From an uncultured virus (IMG/VR IMGVR_UViG_3300027736_000024) (taxonomy: Duplodnaviria > Heunggongvirae > Uroviricota > Caudoviricetes): 64,000 nucleotides of DNA. Shown one piece after another: positions 61,716 through 64,000 of the stretch. The position numbers and the translations under genes are program-made. Every line of letters starts with the position of its first letter. Positions within the stretch are counted from its first letter, which is position 1. The stretch covers positions 1 through 64,000 of the IMG/VR virus record IMGVR_UViG_3300027736_000024. One strand, 5' to 3'. The notes under the pieces are model-generated. The model worked only from the letters and a program-made list of their open reading frames with translations. It had not been told where the DNA came from and did not search any database.

Positions 61716-62021
61716 ATGAATATATTAGAACAAGCAAATGAGATCATTTATAAAAGAAATGAAGAAAAAGCTAGACAGTATGGACCAATGCAAGAAGGCA
61801 TGCAAGAAGCGGCTAAGATAGCCTCTCTATTGTCTCACAAAGAAATTACTGCTGTAGATATGTACAATTGTATGATAGCCTTAAAACTATCTAGACAAGC
61901 ATATAATCATAAAGAAGACAATTTGCTAGATGCAGTTGCATACATGGCATCATTAAACGATTATCAAAATAATTTACAAAATGAAAATTCTAAAGACGAG
62001 AGACGTAAAGACACCAAGTAG
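61716..62021 (+). CDS. DUF6378-like all-alpha protein, putative nucleotide pyrophosphatase
   Basis: ILEQA..II..R...YG, MIALKLSR, H.EDNLLDAVAY. Confidence 0.65.
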   Translation: MNILEQANEIIYKRNEEKARQYGPMQEGMQEAAKIASLLSHKEITAVDMYNCMIALKLSRQAYNHKEDNLLDAVAYMASLNDYQNNLQNENSKDERRKDTK

Positions 62022-62409
62022 AGGAACATCTGAAAGTGCTGGTATAGATTTTTATGTGCCTAATGATTTTGAAGATGTAGTATTACAACCAGGAGAATCA
62101 GTATTAATTCCATCAGGAATTAAAGCTCAAGTTCCAAGAGGAAATGCATTAATTGCATTTAATAAATCTGGAGTTGCTACTAAACAAGGTCTTATGGTTG
62201 GAGCTTGTGTAGTTGATGAAGACTATGAAGGAATTATACATCTTCATATGACAAATACATCAAATAAAGAACAGCTTATAAAATCAGGACAGAAACTAGT
62301 ACAATTTATTTTACTACCTGTAAACTATTCTGAAGTACAAGAAGTACATGAATTACAATCTAGAAATACAGAAAGAGGATCCGGAGGATTTGGATCAACA
62401 GGACTTTAA
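61981..62409 (+). CDS. dut: Trimeric dUTPase
   Basis: AGIDF, KSG, VVDEDYEG, VQ, RGSGGFGSTG. Confidence 0.95.
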   Translation: MKILKTRDVKTPSRGTSESAGIDFYVPNDFEDVVLQPGESVLIPSGIKAQVPRGNALIAFNKSGVATKQGLMVGACVVDEDYEGIIHLHMTNTSNKEQLIKSGQKLVQFILLPVNYSEVQEVHELQSRNTERGSGGFGSTGL

Positions 62410-62423
62410 AATTATAAATCATC

Positions 62424-62636
62424 ATGCTTGAATTCAAACATCCAATACCAGTAATAGTAGAAGGAGGAAAAGAGGGGTATGCTATTTATGTTGTTAATGG
62501 TGGAACATTTGAAAATGATATATGGTGTATTGTATTATGTGAAGGTGGTACAGTTAGACATTATAGAAGTGATCAAATTAAAATGCATCATAATTCAACT
62601 TTAGATTTATCAAAAGATGAAAAAAATAATAAATAA
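62424..62636 (+). CDS. Small hypothetical protein
   Basis: 70 aa; GYAIYV..GTFENDIW. Confidence 0.55.
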   Translation: MLEFKHPIPVIVEGGKEGYAIYVVNGGTFENDIWCIVLCEGGTVRHYRSDQIKMHHNSTLDLSKDEKNNK

Positions 62637-62847
62637 ATTTGGTCTAGAATTAGAAATTGGAGACAAATTATTAATAATAACAGATAGGATAGACGATAAA
62701 ATGTTAGCAAATGTTAGCCTAAATGAAATAATAACAATAACTGGATTCTCTGATAATGAAAAAATAATGTATCATCATAATTCTTTAGCATTACCTGTAG
62801 ATTGTAATATTTACAAAAAATTAGAGGGTGATAAAAATAATGAATAA
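62617..62847 (+). CDS. Small hypothetical protein
   Basis: 76 aa overlapping both neighbours. Confidence 0.45.
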   Translation: MKKIINKFGLELEIGDKLLIITDRIDDKMLANVSLNEIITITGFSDNEKIMYHHNSLALPVDCNIYKKLEGDKNNE

Positions 62848-63241
62848 ATTAGATAAAGTATTTATTAATATAGCAAAGGAAACATCTACTCTGTCACACT
62901 GCGTTCGATCTAAGGTCGGCGCAGTTTTAGTTAAAAGTGGAAATATAATTTCTTTTGGCTATAATGGAACTCCTGCAGGAATGAATAATGAGTGTGAAGA
63001 AAATGATGTTACTCTATCTCATGTTATACATGCTGAAGTAAATGCTATTCTTAAAGCGGCAAAAACAGGAAACTCTGTAGATGGATCTACTTTGTATCTA
63101 ACTCTTTCACCATGTTTAGACTGCTCTAAACTTATTTTGCAATCAGGAATTAAAAAAGTTGTATATTTAACTAACTATCGTAATCTTGAAGGCGTAGATT
63201 TTCTTAAACAATTTATAGAAGTAGAACAATATGGAGAATAA
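62840..63241 (+). CDS. dCMP deaminase
   Basis: KVGAV, GYNG, HAEVNA, SPCLDC zinc motifs; ATG 62840 preferred. Confidence 0.92.
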   Translation: MNKLDKVFINIAKETSTLSHCVRSKVGAVLVKSGNIISFGYNGTPAGMNNECEENDVTLSHVIHAEVNAILKAAKTGNSVDGSTLYLTLSPCLDCSKLILQSGIKKVVYLTNYRNLEGVDFLKQFIEVEQYGE

Positions 63242-63875
63242 AATATATAAAACACCGACTATAGCATTTGAATATCTTTATCATTATATATTAGGTAAAG
63301 GTGAAGACTTTGCTGGTACTAAAGCTATATTCAATTCAGTATTTAGTATACAAGATCCAACACAAAAAGTAATTGAAACTCCTAAACGTAAGTTTAATAA
63401 AGACTATGCTGACTATGAATGGGATTGGTATGTAAAAGGTGATAGAGACGCAAGTGAAATAGCAGAGAGAGCAAAGATCTGGAAACAAATGATGGTTCCA
63501 TTTACTACAGAAGTAAATTCCAATTACGGATACTTTTGGAATTATAATGATCAGCTTAAAAGAGTTATTGATGAACTAAAAAGAAATAAAGAAACACGTC
63601 GTGCAATTGTTGTACATTACATATTACATGAATTAGATAGATATCAATACGATACTCCATGTAATGATGTACTTAATTTTTATATTAAAGATAATAAATT
63701 ACAATTAACAGTATTTGCAAGATCTATAGACTTAGTTTACGGATTTTGTAATGATCAATATACCTTTGCAAAGCTAATGGAATTAGTATCAGAAAAAACT
63801 GGTTATCCCGTTGGTGAAATGCACTGGATGATAACTAATCTTCATATATATCCAAGACATTACGATTTATTATGA
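63231..63875 (+). CDS. Thymidylate-synthase-superfamily enzyme with dCMP-hydroxymethylase-like active site
   Basis: TRRA, catalytic PC, RSIDLVYGFCND, NLHIY; only 214 aa. Confidence 0.8.
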   Translation: MENKIYKTPTIAFEYLYHYILGKGEDFAGTKAIFNSVFSIQDPTQKVIETPKRKFNKDYADYEWDWYVKGDRDASEIAERAKIWKQMMVPFTTEVNSNYGYFWNYNDQLKRVIDELKRNKETRRAIVVHYILHELDRYQYDTPCNDVLNFYIKDNKLQLTVFARSIDLVYGFCNDQYTFAKLMELVSEKTGYPVGEMHWMITNLHIYPRHYDLL

Positions 63876-64000
63876 TTATACCAACAAGATTATCAAGAGA
63901 AACTTTAGAGGCTAAACTATCTACTTTACCTAATAAAACATATAATAAATTTATGTGGTGGAGAAGATATCAATCTAGGCAAACTATGCCTGATAAATCT
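63872..64000 (+). CDS. Hypothetical protein, truncated by the window end
   Basis: ATGA overlap with the TS-like stop; MIIPTRLSRETLEAKLSTLPNKTYNKFMWWRRY.. Confidence 0.55.
   Translation, partial: MIIPTRLSRETLEAKLSTLPNKTYNKFMWWRRYQSRQTMPDKS

Overview
The window is a 64 kb, AT-rich stretch of a large T4-like myovirus genome, with all credible genes on the + strand. The host is probably Bacteroidota, judged from TAnnTTTG promoter boxes, starts without Shine-Dalgarno sequences, and a Bacteroidota-style lipoprotein. Gene order: head module (portal C-terminus, prohead protease, scaffold, major capsid, PhoH, neck; 1-12 kb), an expanded array of Ser/Thr/Gly-rich fibre-like and LamG lectin paralogues (12-26 kb), contractile tail and baseplate with a free-standing GIY-YIG endonuclease (27-41 kb), replication genes (two family-A polymerases, SSB, UvsX, 5'-3' exonuclease, helicase, class II RNR; 41-55 kb), an Hsp20/GroES/GroEL block (55-58 kb), and a nucleotide/DNA-modification cluster (58-64 kb). 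The strongest candidate for a new system is the 58-64 kb cluster. It combines a 5-hydroxymethylpyrimidine-DNA-kinase-like gene, a PLP enzyme, an SGNH-like protein and a thymidylate-synthase homologue that carries the dCMP-specifying Asp, which suggests a cytosine-based or rerouted DNA hypermodification pathway. Other signals: a recurrent ATATTTAT promoter-like motif, several structured 5' leaders (pseudoknot, three-way junction, twin hairpins), an inverted repeat bracketing hsp20, and a probable +1/-2 frameshift in the tail-chaperone locus. All calls come from motif recognition by eye; no searches were run.
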